Assembly (NCBI RefSeq): GCF_054482525.1
Contig: NZ_CM137006.1
Direction: 5' to 3' (one strand)
DNA length: 64,000 bases
Shown: positions 9,379-18,898 of the stretch, piece after piece
How the letters are laid out: each line of letters begins with the position of its first letter
Position numbering within the stretch: the stretch's first letter is position 1
Position numbers and translations under genes: made by a program
Notes under the pieces: model-generated
Seen by the model: the letters and a program-made list of their open reading frames with translations, nothing else
What the model was told of the DNA's origin: nothing
Database searches by the model: none

Positions 9379-10062
9379 ATGACTGAATGGCTTAATGCAC
9401 ATTTTGGTGCAGACGCAGCTACCTATCTTAGCTTATTAGTCGGCGTACTGGCACTGTTTGGTATTGGGGGCGGTGTTACATATAGAATCAGACAGCAAAA
9501 CAACATAAAACAGAAGGCAAAGAAAACCGAGGGTGATGTGAACCAGGCCGGGCGGGATATTAATCAGACCACCAACGTTTACCACACATCCAATGAATCT
9601 ACTGAGGACCCTGTAAAAAAAAAGCAAGATGAACATGATCTGAAGATAATCGACCAGATCCTTGAATTGCTGCCTTATGAGGATACTACTCAATGGGTTG
9701 AGCAGAGCTACCTGAGCGGTATACGGCAAGATGTTTGCTTAAACATTGAAAAAGCTGAAAAATTTAGCGGTGAAAAGTATCGGTTATTCAATACTGAAGT
9801 GAATGGTGCGAAAGACGCTTTTTTGGACGCTATGACCGCATACGTAGATAGTACGCTACCATTTATGAGTGTTGATTACCCGAACAGAAAGCCAGTGATG
9901 CTAAGCCTTCCCCATGACTGGAAGAGTAAGAGTGTTGAATCGGAGGCAAACTTCCGCTTTCATCAGCAAAATGTGCGTGAAACATCGGGGGGGATGATTG
10001 CGCGCTATGAGGATTTTGTCAGGACATTTAAGGCTCATGGATTCATAAGCGATAAACTGTAA
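9379..10062 (+). CDS. Membrane-anchored hypothetical protein (227 aa; one N-terminal TM helix, cytoplasmic domain unknown)
   Basis: ORF with plausible SD (taaggacatagttcaaATG). TM segment LSLLVGVLALFGIGGGVTY followed by a Lys-rich linker. No recognisable domain. Confidence 0.5.
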   Translation: MTEWLNAHFGADAATYLSLLVGVLALFGIGGGVTYRIRQQNNIKQKAKKTEGDVNQAGRDINQTTNVYHTSNESTEDPVKKKQDEHDLKIIDQILELLPYEDTTQWVEQSYLSGIRQDVCLNIEKAEKFSGEKYRLFNTEVNGAKDAFLDAMTAYVDSTLPFMSVDYPNRKPVMLSLPHDWKSKSVESEANFRFHQQNVRETSGGMIARYEDFVRTFKAHGFISDKL

Positions 10063-10233
10063 AGGCGCAGTGGGTCAGCGAACACCGCAACGACAGAACC
10101 GCGTAAGCGGTAAAATCAGCTTGTTAACTGGCGAGTTTATAGCCGTCCCTCCGGGGCGGCTTTTTTATGACTATAATCGACAGAATCACCTGAACGTCCA
10201 GGTGGGTTTCCCTGACAGGACGTCAAGGAATGT

Positions 10234-10270
10234 TCGCTTTGTGCCAGGAGCGGACGTTGCCAGCATTGAG
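10234..10270. repeat. 37-bp imperfect direct repeat, copy 2 (cgctttgtgccaggagcggacgttgccagcattgagt)
   Basis: Pairs with 8871-8907. Confidence 0.6.
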
Positions 10271-10416
10271 TTTTCAGTTTTCAAAGGTATATCTTTAGAT
10301 TTAGTTCACTTAGAATGAGCGTGTTAAAGTTTTCGGTTATGTGAGTATATTGAACATAACAAATAAACAATAATTTTTGTATTCCATTTAAGATATAAAA
10401 AAGAGGGATTTGAGTT

Positions 10417-11202
10417 ATGTACGATTATAGTTTTTTACTTACTCCATCTACAGGATTTGTTAAAGGATTATGTGGAGTTTGGTCGAATGATTTCTCTATA
10501 AATGATGATTCTGACTCTGATTTAGGGCAAACAGATATTCATTTACTTTCATCTCCTCATTTGAATATCATATCCGACCCAAATGAATTGGCTTCCAAGT
10601 TAAAAGGTTTGTTGATGCTCATGAACGGCGCACTTAGCGTTCTTTATGGTTTTGAAAGATATCAATCTTTTGGTCCTCTTTCTATTTCTGGAAGTGAAGG
10701 CATTAATTACTCGGAAATATGCGGCTTTAAATCAATGGATGTAACTCAGGTAAATCCCTTTAATTTCCATGACATACAGCAACCACACCCTCGCGCTGAT
10801 AATTTTTCACGATTAATTAATTTATCATCTAAACATGAATCCTTACGTGTTGTTTTAGGTATGTGTGCCTTAGGTTATGATTGGGTTAATCTTTATCGTT
10901 TGTGGGAAACAATTAGAGAATATGTATATGATAAATATGTGAAAGGTATACTAAATTTTCCCGACGCTTATAAAGGCAAGAAATATCAGAGAGATAAAGT
11001 AATTAGCATGGCTTTTAATATTGATGAAAAGGAAATCAGCAGATTCACGGGCACTGCTAATAGCTTTGAACTGTTAGGGTATCTTGCGAGACATGGAAAG
11101 GGAAGTTCCGGAGGGATATTAAAAAATCCGATGTCAAGAGTTGACGCAAGCAATTTCGTACACAAAGCAACTTACAAATATTGTAAGTTATTTTTGATGT
11201 AA
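10417..11202 (+). CDS. Hypothetical protein (261 aa) in a sharply AT-rich segment; orphan accessory gene
   Basis: Long ORF in a low-GC block (10.3-11.3 kb) with RBS-like aaaaagagggatttgagttATG. No recognisable motifs. Confidence 0.45.
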   Translation: MYDYSFLLTPSTGFVKGLCGVWSNDFSINDDSDSDLGQTDIHLLSSPHLNIISDPNELASKLKGLLMLMNGALSVLYGFERYQSFGPLSISGSEGINYSEICGFKSMDVTQVNPFNFHDIQQPHPRADNFSRLINLSSKHESLRVVLGMCALGYDWVNLYRLWETIREYVYDKYVKGILNFPDAYKGKKYQRDKVISMAFNIDEKEISRFTGTANSFELLGYLARHGKGSSGGILKNPMSRVDASNFVHKATYKYCKLFLM

Positions 11203-11363
11203 GTAAAAAGTTGAAGCTATAATACTCAAAGTATCGAAAACTACGTTCGTCGTGCACTCGAAAACAATATGCTTATTGTGTCTGCACTAATTACTCAAGG
11301 TCCGAGAAAAATGGCGAAGCTCATCTTTTTCAGGCTTCGCCAACTTGAGTTATTGGTTAAAAT

Positions 11364-12116
11364 TCATTTAGGAATAATAGAATGCAATTCGTGACTCACC
11401 TGGATTTCATAGTGTTTCAATAGTTCTCCGATGTTAATTCCTACTACCTTACGAACTGCGCCGAGGGAGAAGTTAAGCTCCTCAATGCCCGGCCGATCTG
11501 GCGTTGAATTCATATAGTGTCGGCACGCACGGACAATTGACTCGACGATCAACGATAGCGGAGACTCAGGTGCAATCTCGGAGCGAATCGCCGTAAGAGA
11601 GAGTCGGAGCTCCTTCAAAGAATCCGAGACTCGTGCTGGATCCTCTTGAGCATATGGCAGATAAAGAGAACTCTTGTCTTCCAATAAATGGATCACCCGC
11701 AGAGCAATTTTCTCGTCTGGGCGATGCGATAGAAATTGAAACATTAGCCTCTTTCCTCCCTCCAAGCACTCCTTCATTAGTGATTCGTGGTCACGTTTCC
11801 ATTTTCGCAAATACTCGGCGGGGTAGCCCATACCGCCATTCTTATCAACTAAATCAGCACAAGCTCCGCACAACCATATAGCATTTTTTATGCTCTTCCG
11901 CTCTGTTTCTGACTGAGACATGTCATAGCGCGGTCCGCCAGGGCTCGCCGCGCAGATATGCGCCGCCTCACCCGTCTTGATAGAAAGATTTTCCGCCAAT
12001 TGATCCGGGCCGATTGTTACCCTATGACAAGAGGGATTGCTACAAATATATGTAGCGCGCTCTGCTACCTTACCTACAACGCTTGGAGGAAAGTTGTGCC
12101 TATTTGTCTTGGTCAT
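11364..12116 (-). CDS. HNH-endonuclease-domain protein (250 aa) with uncharacterised C-terminal domain
   Basis: N-terminal CSNPSCHR ... AAHICAASPGGPRYD ... NAIWLCGACADLVD resembles an HNH/zinc-finger nuclease core (CxxC..H..N..CxxC). Confidence 0.5.
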   Translation of the reverse strand: MTKTNRHNFPPSVVGKVAERATYICSNPSCHRVTIGPDQLAENLSIKTGEAAHICAASPGGPRYDMSQSETERKSIKNAIWLCGACADLVDKNGGMGYPAEYLRKWKRDHESLMKECLEGGKRLMFQFLSHRPDEKIALRVIHLLEDKSSLYLPYAQEDPARVSDSLKELRLSLTAIRSEIAPESPLSLIVESIVRACRHYMNSTPDRPGIEELNFSLGAVRKVVGINIGELLKHYEIQVSHELHSIIPK

Positions 12117-12559
12117 AAAAGTTATGCTTCTTTGTTTTTTTCATCTATGTGGGGAGAATAAAATCATACTTTTTATATCTGATCCTAGGTCTGACCAGCA
12201 ACCTATTGATCAAAAAACCAAGATATTAGCTAAAAAAAATCAGCATACTTGAGACCAAGCTCAATGTCCGCTCCTCGCTCAAAGCAGACCATTCGCTCAG
12301 TTAACGCATCAGTGTCGTGCTAAAAGTAGACGTGGTTAACAACAATGTGAGTTAATCAACGGAGAGCAGGTCAACTCTAACCTGTATCAAAAAAACAAAT
12401 GTGTCACAAAGATGCCGCATGCCTTAATTTGAGTATAATTGAGACGGAAGTAGACGGTTTATGGCTAAATATTGTTGATATATAGCTATTTGAAGAGTTG
12501 TAGCGCAAGTGTATAGCCCAAACTAATAACGCTACGCCCCTTACCTTTGACGCCTCTTA

Positions 12560-12868
12560 TCAAAGAGCGGCGATGATGCACAGCCCGCACGAGGCAATAT
12601 TCGCACAAGAATCAGGTTCAGAAATAACCTGATCTGGCATGGTGGGGAGAGTATCACTGAGCAGGCTTTCGGTAAAATGCGGCGGGATGAGGTCGGCGTG
12701 GGTTGCAGCAGTACAATGTCGCCCGCAGAGGGTAAGCCACAGCGCGGGATCCTCGGTTTCTATCAGGGATTCGACGAAGTGGGCGCAGTTGTCGACCAAG
12801 GCGGTGAAATCCATAGTGACATTATAAGGAAACGAACAATAGATCGAGTAAATCGCAGTCAGGGACAA
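12560..12868 (-). CDS. Hypothetical small protein divergent from the hsd operon
   Basis: 102-aa ORF with normal GC. No recognisable family; start uncertain (an internal M gives 84 aa). Confidence 0.25.
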   Translation of the reverse strand: MSLTAIYSIYCSFPYNVTMDFTALVDNCAHFVESLIETEDPALWLTLCGRHCTAATHADLIPPHFTESLLSDTLPTMPDQVISEPDSCANIASCGLCIIAAL

Positions 12869-13089
12869 GGATTGTAGTCATAGAGAAGTCTCCTGTAACG
12901 GTTTTCAGGAAGCTAATCCCGACGCCTGATTTTGCAGGCGCGGAAGGAGAAGATACTGCGGCCATTAATCCGCCACAAGGCATTTACGTGCATAAATCGC
13001 GCAGTCAAATCCGACTCCCACTGTAGTTCTTGAACCTGATACCACATTTAGCTAATTTAGCTAACTTATCTATTATACCAGTGGTTGCC

Positions 13090-13335
13090 ATGAATATGAA
13101 TGAAGACGAGATTTATCGCCATATCCGGCAGGCACTTTCCAGTGCGCCTCGTAACCAGTACACCGTCGAGCTGCACCTGCAAATGATTAAATATGCCGAC
13201 AAACTGGAACACATTACGGCAAAAGCCTTTTGCGAAGGCACTGGTCTGAACCAGAGCCTCGGTACCGAATTCAGCAAAATGCGTAACTTAACCCATCGGT
13301 TAAAGGCCGCCGGTCTGAATACCGATCTGCTGTAA
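13090..13335 (+). CDS. Small hypothetical protein (about 81 aa) immediately upstream of hsdM
   Basis: MNMNEDEIYRHIRQALSSAPRNQYTVELHLQMIKYADKLEHITAKAFCEGTGLNQSLGTEFSKMRNLTHRLKAAGLNTDLL. Co-oriented with hsdM and 40 bp upstream of it. The ORF track extends to 13030. Confidence 0.4.
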   Translation: MNMNEDEIYRHIRQALSSAPRNQYTVELHLQMIKYADKLEHITAKAFCEGTGLNQSLGTEFSKMRNLTHRLKAAGLNTDLL

Positions 13336-13374
13336 CCGACTTACGGCACATTATCGCGCAAAACGAGATATTTA

Positions 13375-15813
13375 ATGGCTATCAAAAAAACCGAACTCTA
13401 TTCTTCCCTGTGGGCAAGCTGCGACGAACTGCGTGGCGGGATGGACGCCAGCCAGTACAAAGACTATGTACTGACCCTGCTGTTTATGAAGTACGTTTCC
13501 GATAAGTATAAAGGCGATCCTTACGGGATGATCGTGATACCCAAAGGAGCCAGCTTTGACGATATGGTTGCGCTGAAAAATGACAAAGAGATCGGCGACA
13601 AAATCAACAAAATCATCCACAAGCTGGCGGAAGAGAACGGCCTGAAGGGCGTCATCGACGAAGCCGACTTTAACGACGAAGATAAGCTCGGCAAAGGCAA
13701 GGAAATGATTGACCGCCTGAGCAAGCTTGTCGGTATCTTTGAAGGGTTAAATCTCTCCAGCAACCGGGCCGAAGGCGACGATCTGCTGGGCGATGCCTAT
13801 GAATATCTGATGCGTCACTTCGCAACCGAATCCGGTAAGAGTAAAGGGCAGTTTTACACTCCAGCGGAGGTGTCACGTATTCTGGCGAAGGTGATTGGTA
13901 TTACTCCCGATACTCCGCAAGATGCAACGGTTTATGACCCAACCTGTGGCTCTGGTTCGCTGCTGTTGAAAGTGAATGATGAAGCCCGGCGCGGACTGTC
14001 GATTTTCGGCCAGGAGATGGATAACGCTACCAGTGCGCTGGCGCGGATGAACATGATTCTGCATAACAATGCCACCGCGAAAATCTGGCAGGGCAATACG
14101 CTGAGCGATCCGCAGTGGAAAGAGGCGAACGGCAAACTGAAAGCCTTCGATTTTGCCGTGGCGAACCCGCCTTTTTCCAATAAAAACTGGACCAACGGGC
14201 TGACGCCGAAAAAAGATCCGTTTGAACGCTTCGGCTGGGGTATTCCGCCGGAAAAAAACGGCGATTATGCTTTTTTGTTGCATATCATTAAAAGCCTGAA
14301 AAGTACCGGCAAAGGCGCGGTGATCCTGCCCCACGGCGTACTGTTTCGCGGTAACGCCGAAGCGAATATCCGTGAAAATCTAATCAAGCAGGGCTATATC
14401 AAAGGCGTTATTGGTTTGCCAGCCAACCTGTTTTACGGCACCGGCATCCCGGCGTGCATCATTGTGATTGATAAAGAGCACGCCCACAGCCGCAAAGGCA
14501 TTTTTATGATCGACGCCAGCCGGGGCTTTATCAAAGATGGCAACAAGAACCGCCTGCGTAGCCGAGATATTCACCGCATTGTGGACGTGTTCAACCATCA
14601 GCGAACGGTACCTGGCTACAGCCGGATGGTGCCCTCCAGCGAGATCGCCGGAAATGATTACAACCTGAATATTCCTCGCTATATCGAGAGCGGCGAGCCG
14701 GAAGATTTACACGATCTGACCGCGCACTTACAGGGCGGTATTCCGGCACGCGATGTGGATGCTTTGCAAGATTACTGGCGGGTATTCCCTGCCCTGCGCA
14801 ACGTGCTGTTTGCTGACGACCGTCCCGGTTACTGTCGGGCGCAGGTGAACGCGCAACAGGTGAAACCGACCATTCTGGCGCATCAGGAGTTTAAGGATTT
14901 TGCCACCCGCAGCCTGCTACCGTTTAAAGCGTGGGTGAAAGAGGCAAGTCTGGAAGAGATTCGCAAAGGTGATAAACCCAAAGCGCTAATCCACGATATC
15001 AGCGAAATGCTATTGGCGCAGTACGCCAACAGTGAGTTGCTGAACAAATACAGCGTGTACCAGATCCTGATGGATTACTGGACTGATGTCATGCAAGACG
15101 ATGTGTATGCGATTATGCAGGATGGCTGGCAAGCCGCCGCGCAAATCCGCGAGCTTCAGCCGGTGAAAGGCAAAGATGGCAAAAACATCTGGAAAGAAAC
15201 GCACGATTTCGAGTTTACCAAACGGCGCTACAAGGCCGATGTGCTGCCCCGTTCGCTGGTGGAAATTCGCTGTTTCCCGGAACTGCTGGATGCGCTGAAC
15301 CGCGCGCAGGAGCGCAGTGAAGAAGCCAGTCGTCAGCTAGTGGAATTCATCGAGGAGCAGGCAGGTGAAGAGGATCTGCTGGCCGAGGCGAAGAACGATA
15401 AAGATAAGGTGACGCAAAAGCTGGTGAATGCCCGTCTAGCACAGTTAAAGAAAACCACTGCCGGCCCAGATGAGCTGGCAGTGCTGAACCGCTGCCTGGC
15501 GCTAATTAAGGCCGAAGCCAGTGCGAAAAAAGCGCTGAAAGCCGCACAAGAAGCGCTGGATCGGGCGGTGTTTAAACATTATCCCACGCTGGATGAAGCA
15601 GCGATTAAAACGCTGGTAGTGCAGGATAAGTGGCTGGCAACGTTGCAGGCAGGGATCAAGGCGGAGATTGAGCGTATTACCCAGCAACTGGCGTCGCGCG
15701 TAAAGGAGCTGGAAGAGCGTTATGCTGAACCGTTGCTAGCGCTTGAAGCCTCCGTTGAGGCGTTGAGCGAGAAAGTGGCCGAGCATTTGCGGGCGATGGG
15801 GCTGGAGTGGTGA
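13375..15813 (+). CDS. hsdM: Type I restriction-modification system methyltransferase subunit M (812 aa, with long C-terminal coiled-coil extension)
   Basis: HsdM N-terminal domain (YKDYVLTLLFMKYVSD), SAM motif DPTCGSGSLL, catalytic NPPF (FAVANPPFS). About 300 extra C-terminal residues rich in A/E/K/L. Confidence 0.9.
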   Translation: MAIKKTELYSSLWASCDELRGGMDASQYKDYVLTLLFMKYVSDKYKGDPYGMIVIPKGASFDDMVALKNDKEIGDKINKIIHKLAEENGLKGVIDEADFNDEDKLGKGKEMIDRLSKLVGIFEGLNLSSNRAEGDDLLGDAYEYLMRHFATESGKSKGQFYTPAEVSRILAKVIGITPDTPQDATVYDPTCGSGSLLLKVNDEARRGLSIFGQEMDNATSALARMNMILHNNATAKIWQGNTLSDPQWKEANGKLKAFDFAVANPPFSNKNWTNGLTPKKDPFERFGWGIPPEKNGDYAFLLHIIKSLKSTGKGAVILPHGVLFRGNAEANIRENLIKQGYIKGVIGLPANLFYGTGIPACIIVIDKEHAHSRKGIFMIDASRGFIKDGNKNRLRSRDIHRIVDVFNHQRTVPGYSRMVPSSEIAGNDYNLNIPRYIESGEPEDLHDLTAHLQGGIPARDVDALQDYWRVFPALRNVLFADDRPGYCRAQVNAQQVKPTILAHQEFKDFATRSLLPFKAWVKEASLEEIRKGDKPKALIHDISEMLLAQYANSELLNKYSVYQILMDYWTDVMQDDVYAIMQDGWQAAAQIRELQPVKGKDGKNIWKETHDFEFTKRRYKADVLPRSLVEIRCFPELLDALNRAQERSEEASRQLVEFIEEQAGEEDLLAEAKNDKDKVTQKLVNARLAQLKKTTAGPDELAVLNRCLALIKAEASAKKALKAAQEALDRAVFKHYPTLDEAAIKTLVVQDKWLATLQAGIKAEIERITQQLASRVKELEERYAEPLLALEASVEALSEKVAEHLRAMGLEW

Positions 15814-17147
15814 TGGTGGATTTAATGGTGAATGAGCAACGGTCGAGTACGGCGGGGAAAGATGTGCCTGCGGGGTATAAACTGACTGAGGTGGGCGTGA
15901 TTCCTGAGGATTGGGATTGCGTACCATTTGGTAATCTGTTTAAAACAAACACAAAGAAAAAAAAAGTCAGCGATTATGAGCTAGTTTCATTTATTGGGAT
16001 GCAAGATGTTAGTGAAGATGCACAATTAAAAAATAATACTCAACTTCCTTTTAAAGAAGTTAAAAGTGGTTTTACTTACTTTGAAAAAGGGGATGTTTTA
16101 TTAGCTAAAATAACCCCTTGTTTTGAAAATGGAAAAGGATGTCATACCGCTGATTTACCTACTAATGTAGGTTTTGGGAGTACGGAATTTCATGTATTAA
16201 GGGAAAATGAAGACTCCGATTCTCGCTTCATCTATTTTTGGACAACTGATAAAAAATTCAGAGCATCACTGGAATCTGAAATGGTGGGAAGTGCGGGACA
16301 CCGTCGTGTGCCGCTAGTTGCTATAGAAAAATATTTGATTCCATGTCCCCCAAATTTGCAAGAGCAAAGTGCTATTGCTGATTCATTATCTGATATTAAT
16401 AATTTTATTCTAGCTCTAGAAAAGCTTATCGTTAAAAAACAAGCCATTAAAACCGCTACTATGCAGCGACTACTGACTGGTAAAACCCGTTTGCCACAGT
16501 TTGCGTTGCGCAAAGATGGCTCTGCTAAGGGATATAAAAAGAGCGAGTTGGGGGAGATTCCTGAAGATTGGAATTGTATTAATCTTGGTGAGCTAGGTAA
16601 TTGCATTATTGGGTTAACTTACAAACCTGAAGATACATCTGATTATGGTACATTGGTATTACGCTCATCCAACATTCAAAATAATCACTTAGCTTATGAT
16701 GATAACGTCTTCGTCAGCATAGAACCACCTGAGCGCACAATTGTGAAAGAAGGTGATATCTTGGTATGTGTAAGAAATGGCAGTCGCCAACTTATTGGCA
16801 AATGCGCATTAATTGACAAAAATGCGCAGGGCTCAGCATTCGGTGCATTTATGTCAGTATTCCGAACTGATATATATGGATTTACATTTCACCAATTCCA
16901 GTCTGATATTATTCAAAAGCAAATCGCTGAAGTTATGGGTGCCACTATCAATCAGATAACTAACAAAGATATGTTGGGCTTTAAAATCCCATTACCTGAA
17001 AATACAGAAGAACAAGCCGCCATCGCCGCCATCCTCTCCGATATGGACAAGGAAATCCAGATCCTGCAACAGCGTCTGGACAAAACCCGCCAGCTTAAGC
17101 AAGGGATGATGCAGGAACTGTTAACCGGGAAAATCCGCTTAATATAG
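15807..17147 (+). CDS. hsdS: Type I R-M specificity subunit S (two target-recognition domains)
   Basis: Conserved central and C-terminal repeats ...ATMQRLLTGKTRLPQF... and ...MMQELLTGKIRLI typical of HsdS. Start overlaps the hsdM stop. Confidence 0.85.
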   Translation: MVMVDLMVNEQRSSTAGKDVPAGYKLTEVGVIPEDWDCVPFGNLFKTNTKKKKVSDYELVSFIGMQDVSEDAQLKNNTQLPFKEVKSGFTYFEKGDVLLAKITPCFENGKGCHTADLPTNVGFGSTEFHVLRENEDSDSRFIYFWTTDKKFRASLESEMVGSAGHRRVPLVAIEKYLIPCPPNLQEQSAIADSLSDINNFILALEKLIVKKQAIKTATMQRLLTGKTRLPQFALRKDGSAKGYKKSELGEIPEDWNCINLGELGNCIIGLTYKPEDTSDYGTLVLRSSNIQNNHLAYDDNVFVSIEPPERTIVKEGDILVCVRNGSRQLIGKCALIDKNAQGSAFGAFMSVFRTDIYGFTFHQFQSDIIQKQIAEVMGATINQITNKDMLGFKIPLPENTEEQAAIAAILSDMDKEIQILQQRLDKTRQLKQGMMQELLTGKIRLI

Positions 17148-17159
17148 AAGGGAAAGCAC

Positions 17160-17816
17160 ATGGCTTATGATTACAGCGCCAGCCTCAACCCGCAAAAAGC
17201 TCTGATCTGGCGTATCGTCCATCGGGACAATATCCCGTGGATTCTGGATAACGGGCTGCACTGCGGCAACAGTCTGGTGCAGGCGGAAAACTGGATCAAT
17301 ATCGGCAACCCGGAGCTGATCGGCAAGCGTGCCGGGCATCCGGTACCTGTCGGAACGGGCGGGACACTGCATGACTATGTGCCGTTTTATTTTACCCCCT
17401 TCTCGCCAATGCTGATGAACATCCACAGCGGGCGCGGCGGCATTAAGCAACGCCCCAATGAGGAGATCGTTATTCTGGTCAGCAACTTGCGAAACGTGGC
17501 AGCACACGACGTACCCTTCGTGTTTACCGACAGCCATGCTTACTATAACTGGACCAACTACTACACCAGTCTGGATAGTCTGGACCAGATCGACTGGCCC
17601 ATTTTGCAGGCACGGGACTTTCGCCGCGATCCAGACGATCCGGCTAAATTTGAACGCTATCAGGCAGAGGCGCTAATCTGGCAACACTGCCCGATCTCTC
17701 TGCTGGATGGGATAATTTGTTACAGCGAAGAGGTCAGGTTACAATTAGAACAATGGCTGTTTCAGCGTAATCTAACAATGTCCGTTCACACACGGGCTGG
17801 ATGGTACTTCTCATGA
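17160..17816 (+). CDS. darT: DarT DNA ADP-ribosyltransferase toxin (DUF4433)
   Basis: 218 aa, [38 protein letters not shown].... Matches the DUF4433/DarT family as found in EPEC E. coli (from memory). Followed with an ATGA overlap by a macrodomain gene. Confidence 0.75.
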
Positions 17817-18880
17817 TCACATATACACAAGGCAATTTACTGGACGCACCGGTGGAAGCTCTGGTGAATACGGTTAATACCGTCGGTGTCATGGGGAAAG
17901 GCATCGCGTTGATGTTTAAAGAGCGCTTCCCCGAAAATATGAAAGTCTATGCCCTCGCCTGCAAACAAAAGCAGGTGATCACCGGCAAAATGTTCATTAC
18001 CGAAACCGGGGAACTGATGGGACCGCGCTGGATTGTTAATTTTCCGACCAAACAGCACTGGCGCGCTGATTCCCGCATGGAGTGGATTGAAGATGGCTTG
18101 CAGGACTTACGCCGCTTTTTGATTGAAGAGAACGTGCAGTCCATCGCCATTCCACCACTGGGCGCAGGCAACGGTGGTTTGAACTGGCCGGACGTTCGGG
18201 CGCAGATTGAATCTGCCCTTGGCGACCTTCAGGACGTTGATATCCTGATTTACCAACCGACTGAAAAATACCAGAACGTTGCCAAAAGCACTGGCGTAAA
18301 AAAGCTCACTCCCGCCAGAGCCGCCATCGCTGAACTGGTGCGTCGCTACTGGGTATTGGGGATGGAGTGCAGCCTACTGGAAATCCAGAAACTGGCCTGG
18401 CTGTTACAACGCGCCATTGAGCAGCATCAACAGGACGATATCCTCAAACTGCGGTTTGAAGCTCACTATTATGGCCCCTATGCGCCCAATCTGAACCATC
18501 TGCTTAATGCGCTGGACGGCACCTATCTTAAAGCCGAGAAACGCATCCCGGACAGCCAACCGCTGGATGTGATCTGGTTTAACGATCAGAAAAAAGAACA
18601 CGTTAATGCGTATCTGAACAACGAAGCCAGAGAGTGGCTACCTGCGCTGGAGCAGGTCAGCCAGTTAATTGACGGCTTTGAATCGCCGTTTGGTCTGGAG
18701 TTGCTGGCAACCGTAGACTGGTTGCTGAGCCGTGGCGAATGTCAACCAACGCTGGATTCCGTTAAGGAAGGGCTGCACCAGTGGCCTGCGGGCGAACGCT
18801 GGGCCAGCCGTAAGTTGAGGCTGTTTGATAATAATAATCTGCAATTTGCCATTAACCGCGTAATGGAGTTCCATTGCTGA
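17813..18880 (+). CDS. darG: DarG antitoxin (N-terminal macrodomain ADP-ribosylglycohydrolase + C-terminal DarT-binding domain)
   Basis: [40 protein letters not shown]... is a classic macrodomain N-terminus. The ATG at 17813 overlaps the darT TGA at 17814-17816. The ORF track starts at 17801. Confidence 0.75.
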
Positions 18881-18898
18881 GGGTTTAAGGAGCGCCTT

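Noticed and set aside
13873-14334. 153-aa -strand ORF inside hsdM and other antisense ORFs within hsdR and hsdS
   Set aside because: They overlap strongly conserved R-M coding frames and have no motifs.
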